This document shows, in pieces, positions 27,041 to 41,110 of a stretch of DNA of 64,000 nucleotides (its first letter is position 1; the number at the start of each line of letters is the position of its first letter). The position numbers and the translations under genes were made by a program. The stretch is taken from assembly GCA_951406725.2 (NCBI GenBank), contig OX597823.1, positions 66,154,001 to 66,218,000 on the forward strand, given 5' to 3'. This DNA is from Octopus vulgaris (lineage: Eukaryota). The notes below the pieces were generated by a model. The model was not told the DNA's origin and did not search any database. It saw only the letters and a program-made list of their open reading frames with translations.

Positions 27041-28546
27041 CACACACGATTATATGCATATATTGTTCATATATGAATATAATAGCTCTTCCACATTCAT
27101 TGTCAATCTCTATCTCTTACTGCATCAACATGTATGCATATGTGCCTGTCTATATATTTGTGTGAGTGTGTTTCTGTGTGAGTTTACATTGCGACTGATC
27201 TGCTCACTCTATTGTTACGCTTTATCAGTTCACATTAAGCAATATACTTCACGATCTGCACCACCCTACTACCTCCACCAATATATTCACAATCAAATAT
27301 CAATATCGGTCAACCAAAGAATGCGTCTGAAATAAACAAAAAAAAATGTCCGCCCGACGCTCATTCACTTCAGATTAACCAATATAAACAAAGTGACTAG
27401 CAATTCATAAATATTATATATGCCAACCAACATTAGCATTCCCAGTTGATTCTACTGAATAGAGTTCACATTTACTCTAAGCATATTTATTTCTTATTAG
27501 CTTCTCCATTGTCTCCTGAACACATATGTTAATACTAACGTAACTACATTTTTGCTTACAATCGCTTACTTATTTCCTATAACCCAATAACTTCTTACAT
27601 TTGTTTAATGTGTGGTTTAGCCTTTCTTCTGTGAGTAGAGCAAAGTTAATGTTGCAAAGACATGGTCGTAACGGGTGGATCGTGTCAGGAGTCACCTCCC
27701 GAACAGGATATTTGTCGATACTCATAAATGCCTTGTTTTCTTGCTGTCCACTGCATACTTATTTATTTTTTTAAATCCCTCCTTACGCTTTGCTTGAATT
27801 TTTACTTCACGCAATGAAGCAACGAAGCATGAAATACCATTTGGTGAATAACCACAGGCTGATCAGCCCTGGTAGGTCTTTTATGAAGACAAAATACAAT
27901 GAATACCTCCTTATTCAGTGTGGCATTCGCTATTGTCAAAAAAGTGTAATTTTGGATTTTAGAGAGATTTCACTATTTTCTGTTGATCAAGCGATGTGAT
28001 GGTTTCGTCGATGGCTCGCACGAAATACTAGTATGCTCATTAAAGTAATGTGCAACTCATTTTCAAAGACATGATTTAATCTGGGATAGCAAAATTATAC
28101 TAATATAATCAGTTGCATTCTGCTAAGTTATTCATCATGGAGTTTATTAAATATCTATCCAATTATCAGGAAATTTGGTTGCAGAATTGTTGATCATGAA
28201 ATTGATATGTTCAAATGCGTTTATGACACTAAGAAATCAATACTTTCTGAATATATACATCCGATACACGACCATCCATCCTTATATACAGGCATACATA
28301 CATAGTGCGTGCACATAGGCATAGACTTACATACGCGTGCGCACACACAAATACACAGAGAAACACACTTGCTTTGGCTGTTGAGAGCAATATATAGGCC
28401 TAAACAAAAACAGTCTACGTCAAATGATGGCTCTACATAGATCTCAAATCAAAATTCGGGAATAGAGAAAAATAGTATTCAGCGAACACAACGACATTTG
28501 CGCCCCTAACAATCAACCCAGCTTCAGAATTTTTCTCTCTATAAAT

Positions 28547-28990
28547 TCTTCTTCTTCTTCTTCTTCTTCTTCTTCTTCTTCTTCTTCTTCTTCTTCTTCT
28601 TCTTCTTCTTCTTCTTCTTCTTCTTCTTCTTCTTCTTCTTCTTCTTCTTCTTCTTCTTCTTCGTCTTCTGTGCACCTTTATCACCTACTACTACTGCTTA
28701 AACAATCAAAATCAAGAACTCATATCAAATATTAGGACTGCTACTATATGCAACCTGCTACCAAGCCCTCACAAGAGTAAAAAGGAGAGAGACAAAAAAC
28801 AGACAGAAGGAAAGAAAATGTCCCTTGCATTTGAAAACTATCGAGATATTTTAAAAAACATTTAACTTAATTTTCCCACAATTTAATTGTTTCCCTGCTG
28901 TACTGTAAGTTGAAAAAGTCGCAGAGTTAAAACCGGTACTAAAATGTTCTTCGTGATAAAATTATTTTAGCATTTTCTACCTTGTCTTAT
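28547..28990 (+). repeat. (TTC)n tract plus pLTR-like repeat
   Basis: Inverted homolog of 8830-9145; relic TTGAAAA-agtc..AAACCGGTA. Confidence 0.7.
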
Positions 28991-30090
28991 TGTTCCTATA
29001 CATATCAAATAGTGTGTTCCTTTTCAAGAATCTACATATCATACCCCCACACGAGATACAGAAATGCCGACAAAAAACAGACACAATCACTACCATAAAT
29101 GACGAAATACTAAAAAACTCAAGAAAATCAACACAAATCTGTCAACGTTTTTTTACCAAATTTGACTCGACACATGAATTCAATCGAGAGAACAATGAGA
29201 AAATCGATACAAAAAATACGAAAAATCGTCAAAAACCTTGGAAAATTATTCGAAACAATTAGAACATTTTTCTCAAACAACGCCAACTGAGGAACTCCGA
29301 ACGAGACAGCATATGGGATCAATACACTAATAACATACCAAATGAAACACCACATAGTACCACAATAGAACAAGTCATTCAGAGACAGAAAGTTCGCATT
29401 TTGGGAGATGAAGTAAAAAGCAACAAAACGCATATATGCGAAAAATGGCTCAATCTGACACCGTTAATTCTCCCCTGCAAACTCCAGATCAAAGCCATTA
29501 TAGATTAACCCGAGACACAAAAAAAATCTCAAGGAAAGAATTGCACTGGAAAACATGAAGATGAAAATAGAACTTCTGAAATTGAGGGCTCAGACGAATG
29601 AAGATAAAGGAAAATCCATCTATGAAGTGATTAACTAAGAAAATAACAAAATGACTCAAGACCCCGACCTAGAGAAGATCTCTGAACTATGAAAAGAGGA
29701 ATGTGAAAAAGAGGAAACGAAATCCCTTCAACGCTGTATGTATATGTATGTTTGTATATGCATATATATATATATATCTTACGTGTGCGTATATATATAT
29801 ATATATATACGTGCATGTCTTTATATACATGCATGTGTATATATACGTGTATGTGTATATGTATTATGCATATACGCACATGTATATTCCTACCTATCAC
29901 ACTAACCTATCATAGTCTCTTTATAGAAATTCTAACATCCTTGTATTCTTCCCTTCACTTTAAATTTTACTACTAAAACTACTACTCACTTTGGTATCAC
30001 CCACCCCGTACATTTTATCTACCGATCCCTTAATACAGCCCGGTCATATAACCCCTACCCACATATGTCACACTTATTCACACCTTACCT

Positions 30091-30318
30091 ATTTCTTTAT
30101 TACCCACAAGGGGCTAAACACAGAGGGGAAAAACAAGGACAGGCATAGGTATTAAGTCGATTACATCGACCCCAGTGCGTAAATGGTACTTAATTTATCG
30201 ACCCCCGAAAGGATGAAAGGCAAATTCGACCACGGCGGAATTTGAACTCGCAACGTAACGCAGACGAAATACCGCTAAGCATTTCGCCCGGCGTGCTAAC
30301 GTTTCTGCTAGCTCGCCG
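30091..30318 (-). mobile_element. tRNA-derived SINE family 1, full length
   Basis: Closely matches 17314-17544. Confidence 0.9.
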
Positions 30319-30883
30319 GCTTATTCACACCTTACCTACTCATCTCTTCCTATCCACTCCTCACTCACTCCTCTCCCTCTCTCACATTATTTTACCACCA
30401 ACTAACACTCCTTTTCTCAAACCTGTCACCCTTAATATTTTGATTCTTGACACTTTTCACTTTTTCCTTCTCTCTTTATTATCATTACTCTTTTATCCAT
30501 TTTCTTTTTTCTCTCTTTCTGCGTCTCATTTTCCGATCCTATCTTCATTTTGACGTATCTCCTCCTTCTTATCATGCACATTTCCTCCCGCCATCTATCC
30601 ACAAACACTACCTATACATTCTCAATTCTTCATTCACACCACAAAACCCCTTTGAATGGGCAACACAGAATCCACGGCTCCATACTTTGAAATGTCTAAA
30701 CATGACCTATTATCGGAACTGATATACCATGTGCAGGAAATGTTTTCATCACTTCTATGCACCACTTTACTTGAAAAATGGAACTGCAGCTACAATATTC
30801 TGTATGTTAATTCTACTTTCATTCTCTTATTTTCCTCTCTTTTCTATATACTCCTCCTTTTCCATTTACATCTCTCACATCTT

Positions 30884-30927
30884 CTCTGATGAAGGGATAT
30901 CCATAATATCCTGGAAAAAGCTGTAAG
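30884..30927 (+). ncRNA. Degenerate minimal hammerhead
   Basis: CTGATGA-agggatat(ccata)atatcctg-GAAA-aagctg-TA; stem I only 2 bp, position 15.2 mismatched. Confidence 0.5.
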
Positions 30928-31175
30928 TCTATATCTCTTTCCTTATAAATGCCCTGAAAACTCCTCACAGCTTTGGCTTTGTTATCTGTTTTTGTCTTAT
31001 ATATATTTATATATATATATGTATATGTATATATGCAGGCTAATATAAAGCCCACATTAAACTCCTCACTCGTATCACAATCGAACCAAGAGTTTAACTA
31101 ATGTCTGTCCTTAGCACTTACTTAGCATTACGTGCCAGACATTAGGTCTTCTAGATACGAATAACTTTTATATAT

Positions 31176-31230
<55 letters not shown>

Positions 31231-31406
31231 AAATATTAGGGAATAAATCCAAATTTACAGGGAAAAATCAGATTTAGGATTGAATCCAATTTTATAGTAA
31301 AATATTATATAATATTAATTAGAGACAAAACCACTATTTTGCAAATCAAACAAGGAAAGAATTAATCAATATATAAAAAAATTTTTAATATAAAGTAAAT
31401 AAATCG

Positions 31407-31450
31407 CCACTACAATTGTTTCCTGTCTTCAAATGACATTCATCAGGTGG
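31407..31450 (-). ncRNA. Minimal type I hammerhead (canonical core)
   Basis: ccac-CTGATGA-atgtc(atttgaa)gacag-GAAA-caattg-TA-gtgg; palindromic ACAATTGT stem III. Confidence 0.72.
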
Positions 31451-31819
31451 ATTTCGTATCTAAAAATATCAATATTTTAAAAAATAAATAAATTTAAAAT
31501 GGCTAAAACTATAAATAATATAAATTTATCAATGAAAAAATATAAAAATATATAATCTATATATAATCTATATATAATATAATCAAGAACTAAAATAACC
31601 TCTATAAACAATTGAATATAAAGAAACCTATTATTAAAGTTCTCATATTTAAAGATGAAGAATCTAATTTCAAAAAACAAAAAACAAAAAACAAAAAAAA
31701 AAAACATATATATATGGGGAGGGGTATGTGTGGAGAAGGTCCTTATTTTAAATAGCGATCAAATCCAGTGGCTGCCTCTGAAGGAAAATCCTTATAAGTT
31801 ATCATACGAAAAAATATAT

Positions 31820-31939
31820 GAATTAATGTAGACTTACGTTGTATTCAATATTTCAGGGTTATGACCTCAATATCAAGAAATTAACGACAATGGGGTCATA
31901 ATCCCAACATATTGAATCAATGTAAGTCTACATTAATTC
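31820..31939. repeat. Fold-back repeat, homolog of 9705-9800
   Basis: gaattaatgtagacttac / gtaagtctacattaattc arms; relic GAAATATT hammerhead-like half. Confidence 0.7.
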
Positions 31940-32267
31940 TGTTTTCTTGTGATTTGCCTTGCATTTACTTACTCGCGATTCTTTATACAATATATATATA
32001 TATATATATAATGTTTCACATATATATAAACGTTTCATATACATACATATATATATATACATGATGAAACATTTATCAATTATGTATACATGTTTATGTA
32101 TAGATATTTATACACACAAACACGTACAAACGTACACACATATACACGTACGAACGTCACGCTCATATACACACACATGTTTATAAATTACATTTTAGCT
32201 CCGAAATTATCCCACTCTGTTACCATTTTCAATTCATTAATTATAGATGTAATTTATATAATGATAG

Positions 32268-32655
32268 TTACTCTTTTACCCTTTTACATGTTTCAATCAT
32301 TTGATTGTGGCCATGCTGGATCACCGCCTTTAGTCGAGCAAATCTATCCCAGAACTTATTCTTTATAAGCCTAGTACTTATTCTATTGGGCTCTTTTACC
32401 GAACCGCTAAGTTACACACCAGCATCGGTTGTCAAGCGATGTTTGGGGGACAAACACAGACACACAAACATACACATACATACACATACATATACACATA
32501 TGCGACGTGCTTCTTTCAGTTTCCGTCTACCAATTCCACTCACAAGGCTTTGGTCGGCCCGAGGCTATAGTAGAAGACACTTGCCCAAGGTGCTACGCAG
32601 TGGGACTGAATCCGGAACCATGTGGGTCGTAAGCAAGCTACTTACCACACAGCCA
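32268..32655 (-). mobile_element. tRNA-derived SINE family 2
   Basis: Reverse complement of 21086-21447. Confidence 0.9.
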
Positions 32656-32867
32656 GTGAAGCCATTTTAAATTATTGTCTTCTTTGGCTTTAAATGACTT
32701 GAAAAAAGACTGAATTTCTTTAGCGCGTGTTGATTCAAGCATGTACAGGTCAAGGGTTGAGTTACAAACGGAAAATATTCTCAGCGGGGTCATACCCTCA
32801 GTTCGAGTACTAATGCAGTTGTGGCTGAGTTTTAACTAGAAAGAATAATTCGTTTTTTTTTTATATA

Positions 32868-33079
32868 CAGGGTCGCCCAAAAGTAAGTTCACAATTATTC
32901 CACTATCTCTTTCGTATTCATATATTAACAGTTTAGATCTTAATTGTAAAAATATATGAAACCATTATTCTATGCTAATTTAGTTAGTTGTAAGATAGAA
33001 ATTTAAATGTAGTACAATGTTTTAAAAGAAACCTAAAGTGTCTACGTGATAACTGTAAACCTACTTTTGGGCTACCCTG
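32868..33079. mobile_element. Tc1/mariner-type MITE (212 bp)
   Basis: TIRs cagggtcgcccaaaagtaagttcacaattat / ataactgtaaacctacttttgggctaccctg, TA on both sides. Confidence 0.88.
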
Positions 33080-33897
33080 TATTTAATTCTAGTATACTCT
33101 AATCTCTATAGAGAAGTTTAATTAACTTTATTTTACTTGTACATATTTTATCGTTCTAAATGCATTTTAAATCCTGCAGGTTTAAAAATGCGAACGTAAA
33201 TGGTCTCAGTGGCAACCATTAAAGAGTACGAAGCATTTTACTACCCTTACGAAATGTAATAATTGCACAGAAATATATATATCATAAATGATTTATGCAG
33301 AAAAACATTAAATGAAATATGTTAATACTTAATCAATCCTCATCAAAGGTTTCTATAAATCGGGGATAAGCTTTATAGACGTCGAGTAATTTTAAAAAAT
33401 AAAAACTCGCTGTGGACTTCATGTTATTCTCTTGGTCATTAACACTATTAACCTAACATGAGAGGAAGTCACAGCTCACTGGATACATATTATTCATGAA
33501 GTGCAAACGATCTCGTTTATTTTATAGGCTACGCTTAGGCATTTGATATATTTACTGCTGAGTAGCGTCAGCTCTTATATACTAACTACAGTCCCATAAA
33601 CTAGAAGTGCTGTGCTAATGTTGGATTAAGCAAATTTGAATTGAAATATATAGTAGTCGATATTCGTTTCGTTCATTTAACTTGCTCTTGTCTACTTCAT
33701 CTGTAGTTTGTCGAGGTACACAAGTTTGCAGATGACATTTCTTCTTTTTGTCATCTTCTCTCTCTTTCCTGCGGTCAGGTGAATTTATTTCGCACATTCC
33801 ATTCTTTATCGCCTGATATCTTGATATACCATAAGTCGAACAAACCAACCAATACTCTATCATGGCTGTAGTTCGAACAATGACACTAATAACAAGG

Positions 33898-33930
<33 letters not shown>

Positions 33931-33931
<1 letters not shown>

Positions 33932-34068
33932 TTTTCTCTCTTTTACTTGTTTCATTCATTTTGACTGCGGCCATGCTGGTGCACCGCCTTTGATCGAGCA
34001 ACTCGACGTATTCCTTTCTAAGCCCAGTACTTATTCTATCGGTCTCTTTGGCCGAACCGCTAAGTGAC
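33931..34068 (-). mobile_element. SINE family 2, 3' tail fragment
   Basis: Matches 21300-21447. Confidence 0.85.
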
Positions 34069-34201
34069 ATGTTTACATATTCATCTGGGCGAATTTGCGT
34101 TTTTGTTGAATTTTCTGCTGCTTTAAATAAAGCATATTACTCTACCACTGGTATTTGAGTACTCTTTTTTCCACCTTCTTTCGCATTTATGTGTTTACTC
34201 C

Positions 34202-34254
<53 letters not shown>

Positions 34255-34408
34255 ACGTATATATACACATATGTACCTGTGTATATTACTTCCTATACAT
34301 ATATATATGCATATATTCGTCCATACATATGCGTATACGTGTGTATCTAGTTGTATTTAAATACCCTTATACTTGGATGTGCGTGTGTGAATGCGAATGT
34401 ATATGTGC

Positions 34409-34460
<52 letters not shown>

Positions 34461-34707
34461 GTATATATCTGTGTAGGTATATATGCGTTTAAGCATGAAC
34501 ACAAAAACTTTTCGTCCAAGTATTATCCTTCTTTCGAAAGCTTATTACACCATTTTCTCTAAACTAGAATGTATTCTTTCCACGTTCATACCTGAAAGTT
34601 TTGCTTTTCAATAATTTTTCTCTGATTTTACTCACTCTCCAACGTTATGGACATATAGCGGTACGTAAATTGACTCAAGAAATCTCTAGTGACACGTTTT
34701 ATTGAAG

Positions 34708-34748
34708 TACCCGATGACACCCCCAAACTGGTCGAAACTTGCGTTGTA
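34708..34748 (+). ncRNA. Degenerate hammerhead (CCGAUGA core)
   Basis: tac-CCGATGA-cacc..ggtc-GAAA-cttgcg-TT-gta. Confidence 0.45.
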
Positions 34749-34911
34749 GCCAATAAAGTCTATCACTCATTCCATGTCCTATTTTATTAATTCTGTTCCC
34801 CCTACCGCCACTACGAAGTTCCTGCAAATCATCTGCGGATAACAACAGGTAATCGAAACTGTGCCGGTGCAGTTTACTCATCCTCTATTTATACATTTTC
34901 TACAATTTCTC

Positions 34912-34991
<80 letters not shown>

Positions 34992-35053
34992 ATATATATA
35001 TATATGTATGTATGTATTTATGTATGTATGTATGTATGTATCTATGTATATAT

Positions 35054-35190
35054 GAAAAATTATTAGAAATGGCTTATCTGATAATTTTTCCACTATAATA
35101 ATTAAATGTTTATAGGCTCTTTTGTAAACGTATTAACACATCATTATTGAAGTAGAAAAATTATCAGAAAGCCATTTCTATTCATTTTTT
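35054..35190. repeat. Short fold-back inverted repeat
   Basis: tagaaatggcttatctgataatttttc / gaaaaattatcagaaagccatttcta. Confidence 0.8.
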
Positions 35191-35256
35191 CAAATATATA
35201 ATACTTTACCAAAAGATTTTCTATTTCTTATTCCACTATATACATACATATATATG

Positions 35257-35288
<32 letters not shown>

Positions 35289-35503
35289 AACTAGCTCTAT
35301 CTGTGACCGTAGGGCGCATGTCTCCCGTGTCAGCTCATTGAGATAATGCCTTTTGTGGCTATTGAGTTGTTTTGACTCGTATTTTTGGCAATATTGTTGC
35401 TGATTAGTTCCCTTGTTCACTTTAGTGACGTATATATTTCTGCCTTTAGGTTGTAAAATTGCGAATTAACCTCCCATATAATATATATATATATATATAT
35501 ATA

Positions 35504-36953
35504 CTAGCAGAAAAAAAAAACCGTGTTGCCCGGGTTAAAGAAAATAATGAAATTTTAAAATGGCTTTTAGATGTATAACATGAATCATAGACTACGCAGG
35601 TCTTACATCCTAGTAGCTGAAATACCATGTTTATACGTTAATAATTCGGCGTTTTCCAGGTTATGGAAAAATAATGAAATTTAAGTATGCCTTTTAAATC
35701 TCTAAGTAAAATGTAACATGGATTATGCAGTTCTCAAAAGTAATTATCTGAGATACAAACTATTATTGTCAATAACATGATTTATCCGAAGTTCTCACTG
35801 TTAAACTTGTTAAAAAAACAACTAGTTCTTGAGTTTGCAATCACCTACAATTATCAGGACTTATTTGAAACAAGTTGAACTTTAAAATGCATAAATTTGG
35901 GAAGGACCGAGCTGCTGATGCTCCCATCTTGTTAATAAGTATTTTTTAACAAAAATACTATCAGACGACGTGAGTATAAACAAAGGTATTGAAACAAATC
36001 TGAAAATCAATCACAGTTTAATTATGTAGAGCGTCTAAATATTTGATGCTTTGATTGCGTTCTTTAATTGGTGCATAAATGAAAAGATTTTGGGGTCTTC
36101 CAACTCACAAACATCCTACATATAATTGCCCATGATAGAAGCAAGGTGAAGTCCAACCTTGAGAGACTGTCCTTGAGACTTGTTTATATGCATAGTGAAA
36201 CTTAGTAGAGAACAGTGGGGAACAATTTTCAAACTATTCCCCAATTGCTTTTCCCTTATTCGCTCGGAATCTACATACTCCGGGGTATATCTGTAGACAA
36301 ATTCATTAAAAAAATATCCATTTTCTTGAAAGTTAGAGAATTGAAGTGGACTCAGATGAATTTTCCGAAAATCCGATCCCACGCCTCCTAAAACACTTTC
36401 TCCCCACAAAACCTTTGTATATTCTGAATCTACATGATATAACACATATTCATAGAAACTTTCATTAATTTCTGAAAGTTATGATCTTCGAAAGTCGAGT
36501 GGGGAGGGCAGAAATCTGTTGACAATTGATCAGTTAAATGAAATTTTCTCTCTCTCTCTCTCTCACTCACATAGCTATATATGTTACACAAATAGAAAGC
36601 CGGAGAAAACTATAAAAAAATGAAAGTAACTTTAGAAACTCTATTTTATCTGAAATCGTCACAACTGTAATGATGTAAACATACGCATGTGTATGTGCGT
36701 GTAAAAAGTTGGTTATTTGTTACTATATTAATGTTGACAAAACAGTTAAGTGACAGTGTTAATAAGTCGATCTGCGCCAAGAATAATCACACGAGATTTA
36801 AATGTCAAACATCAAATCTTAATAATGCGACTTGTTCCAAAAATGTCCGAAATCTGTATCGAAAAATCAATGTACAATATACAGTACCGCATTTGATTAA
36901 TTGAGAAGAAGTCGTCAATCTCCTTATGAAATGTTTTTTTCTAATATGGAAGT

Positions 36954-37003
<50 letters not shown>

Positions 37004-37261
37004 GTGTGTGTGTAAATAGCCGGTTAGGACACCAAAGACAAGATGTTCAAACACAGGAAGTTGAGGAGCCGGTTTGAAGAAGTGAATATTTATATGGAGA
37101 GCAATATTATATATTTTTAATGAAAAAAAAAAATCAAGATCGTGTTATTCTATCCAAGTTCAAATTATTCATGTACCCCAAGTATGGTACACAATGATAC
37201 GGAGGTTTGAGTGTGCACTGAGACACACACACACAGCGTATTATATACTTATATATAGAGA
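35504..37261 (-). mobile_element. Non-autonomous Helitron with PIF1-helicase C-terminal remnant
   Basis: 5' A|TCTCTATATAT at 37261; 3' hairpin cccgggcaacacgg then CTAG|T at 35504; FTMHINKSQGQSLKVGL and HGQLYVGC motifs at 36085-36205. Confidence 0.85.
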
Positions 37262-37292
37262 TATCACAAATATAAAATTTCTAAATAACTCA

Positions 37293-37517
37293 TAGAGATA
37301 TGTACGGTGGTGGGGCGATAGAGTGGTTGTATACTGTCAACTTAACGTGACAGTAAGGGGGGGGATTACACCACCGCTGTTTATCCCTAGGAAGCATCGA
37401 CACTTCCTGTCGGCCTTGAAATGTGTCAAGGCCGACAGGAAGCGTCGATGCTTCCTAGGGATAAACAGCGGTGATATAATCCCCGTCTTACTGTCACGTT
37501 AAGTTGATAGTATACAA

Positions 37518-37525
<8 letters not shown>
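37293..37525. repeat. Fold-back of a family A relative (family C), HHR segment absent
   Basis: ~100-bp arms around 37420; homologous to 4300-4430. Confidence 0.88.
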
Positions 37526-37581
<56 letters not shown>

Positions 37582-37883
37582 CTCCTGTAATTTGCACCTA
37601 CATTATGGATGGATTCACCTTCTCTGTGAAGCTAACAAATTAGAGAACTTTGGAAGTCTGCTTACAATCTAAATTTGCTTTTTATAGAACTATCTCCGAT
37701 ACTTCATAAGTGTAGCCTCACCCACTAGGATGCTTGGAGAACTCATATGTGTTATGGCTGATGAGTACGGGACACTTGTATTTGCTGCAATATTTGCAGC
37801 TTTTAATAAAGCTTGTCTTCGTATGAAACAATTGTACTGAAAAACTAATCCATTCTTGTTGCTTTTTTCTCGTTTATATGTAG

Positions 37884-37916
<33 letters not shown>

Positions 37917-37923
37917 TATGTAG

Positions 37924-37954
<31 letters not shown>

Positions 37955-38115
37955 TATATATTAGAAGAAATGATGAGAAAGCGCTAATGATCTAAGTGAT
38001 ATGATATATATAAAAAATGTAATATACAAATAAATATCTGTAAATATAAACCATCCGATTTTCTGAGTACCTCATTTCTTCTAATATATGATACCTGTAC
38101 ATCATCTCCAAACCT

Positions 38116-38205
<90 letters not shown>

Positions 38206-38248
38206 GTATATATATATGTATATATATGTATTGCATTTACGCTGAACG

Positions 38249-38325
38249 AATGCACTGATGAGGCCACGGACATTTGAATTATGTAAGTAATTTTTTTGTT
38301 AAAGGCCGAAACCGAGGTATGCATT
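38249..38325 (+). ncRNA. Type I hammerhead ribozyme, intact canonical core
   Basis: aatgca-CTGATGA-ggcc-(38 nt)-ggcc-GAAA-ccgagg-TA-tgcatt; predicted cleavage after A38319. Confidence 0.85.
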
Positions 38326-38706
38326 TAATTCTGTTTTTTTATATAAATTTTCATCTGTCCTGCCCGCCAAATTTGGTTCTGGTGTTCGCTGAATTTTCCC
38401 TCTAGAGAACTTCCTTTGTAGTTTGATCGTTGATGATCTATTTCTAGCATACGGCTGACTACCTAGCAGTCTTGCCCTGCCACTATACACTTATATTAGA
38501 ATTTTCTCTGATTCCTCAGATTTTTTGTATGGTAGACTACTGGTTTTAAATTGATATTAACATTAATATTAATTTATCTCCCTCATTATTTAAATGATAT
38601 ATATATATATAAAATACCCTGTCTGTGTGTGTCTTCAATGCACGCTCAATTTTGTATGGCTCTTTTAGTTCCCCTCATACTTTCTTCCTTTTTTCTTTTT
38701 CTCGCC

Positions 38707-38772
<66 letters not shown>

Positions 38773-40657
38773 TCTCTTGGCCTCTCTTTAACTCCCACAT
38801 TTACCCCTCGTTTATCTCACTTCTACGTTTCCGTTTGTCTCTGATTTTTCTAATCCTTAAATCCCGCTGCCCCTACCTCTCTCTCCTTCCACATGACTGG
38901 TGTCCGGCCATGAGCTTTCTTTCTTGATCTGACTGCTAACTGCCAACATCTCTTATGTCTAATTCCTATGTTCCTGCCTTTAGGCTTTCACTTCATACAC
39001 GCCAGCTCGATTTGATTCGTTCTCAGTCGAAAGTACGTGTTGGTATTTTCTTGTTAGTATTTGTGTTGGGTACCATGTTCTCCGTCTTTTGTCTTCGTTA
39101 CTATACACATTCGCTAGATTTCTTACAAATATATACCCTTAGCTTAGACTTTTTGGGGGCAACCAGATCGAAATATCTCAAGTGTAACTGCCCGAAACAT
39201 AAGGACTTCTGGTAAACTTGACTGATGTAAGAAAGCTATGAATGAGCCGTCTTTCCTGTCCTTCTAATTGCCAGGTAGAAACGCTCTGTCGACGACTTCG
39301 AAATATAACAATATCTGTCAGATCGACAACCGTCATCAAAAGAAAGATACAACAATGCCAAAAGACAGCTTTACAACAATGACGTGACTTCATTTGTAAA
39401 AAGATCGCAATTTATACGACCTAAATTATGCATTGGAGGTTTCACTTTTATTCGGCGTGCGTATCTTTTTTTTTATTTTGGTATTTTGGTCCTTATTTGT
39501 GTCTGGAGAAAGGAGCAGTGCTCGTGACATTTACAGATCCTGTAAGGAAGATGGCACCGTTAATATTCCAGGCTAACATTACAGCCCTACACCTTGGGAG
39601 TTATGCTCACGGAAACATCGCTGTTGAGAATTGACGGAAATATATGACCCACAAATTAGTGGTTCAGAGTAATTAGCTCTAGTTCAGAAGGAAGAAAATG
39701 GACGGACATGTGGTTCATGAATGCATAAGCATCATACAGAGAAGAAATACAAGAATTGTGCTACTGGCTGGAGTGCCATCCAGTTTGGCAGAATGGTTCA
39801 TTGATGTTTTTTTCTTGTAATCCGAACCGAACCGTTTCCAGTTTATCTAGGAATGATTAGCTCTAGATAGGTGTATCATTCAGCTTCCAATGTTTCTAAT
39901 ATGAACGGAAAAACCAAAAAGAAATGTTTCACTCACCCGCATAGATGGTTCTGATAAGTAGAATTGAGACACCTGTGATGGTAGGGAGTATTAGCGTCAA
40001 ACTTTTTGGCACACCAATAATTCGGCGGTCATAGGATCTAAGGGAGTTGTGCGGTCAGTATGTAATGTGTCGAAGGTAAAGTTTAAGTTTTGGTTCAGTT
40101 CCTCTATTCTTTCCCTATTCTATAAAATATTGCATTAATGGGGAATGTCAACTAACCTCTATAGCTACTAAATTTATGGTCATTAATGTGAAATATTGTG
40201 AAAATTTCACACGTACATTCTCGCTCATGCACACACGTACACACACGTACACACACACACACACGCTCACACGAGCACTATTAGGTTGAAGATTTTCCTC
40301 ATTAATACAGAGTGAAAATTGATCAGAAAATTACGCTAAAATAAGGAAGTAATATATGTCATTACTAGCTCTTCTGCGATTCAAGAACATCAGAATAATG
40401 AGTTATTAAAAAATATCATTACTTTCGTCAACGAATATAAATATCTACTTAGTTTTATTAATGCTATGCGTATTAAGTAAGATTATGCAAAATTATATAT
40501 TAAAACAACAGATTAATTATAAAATATATCATCGGAAAATATATTAATCACAATCTTCCACGACATTCTCATTCTAAGATTCATTAATAATTTGCATAAT
40601 AATCGTAGAAACACACACATAGCTATCCCTACGACCTAACGGAACACACAGACATAT

Positions 40658-40698
<41 letters not shown>

Positions 40699-40720
40699 GA
40701 GAGGTAATATATATATATAT

Positions 40721-40766
<46 letters not shown>

Positions 40767-41070
40767 ACTATCTGCCTAAAATAATCTTGCCTGTTCTCCC
40801 TCTAATTATACATACATATGTCAGTCTATCCATTCATCCATGTATGTATGTATGTATGTATGTATCTCTAACTATGTACACACACACACACACACACACC
40901 TCTCTATATATATGTAGGTGTGTGTGTGTGTACTGGACACACTTATGCATATACTCTATGTCAATTGCATCAGAGCAAACATAAATGAACAAACACATAG
41001 TCATACATGCACTCACGAGCACGCACGCGTACACCGACACAAGTATGTATGTATGTTTGTACACACACAC

Positions 41071-41110
<40 letters not shown>

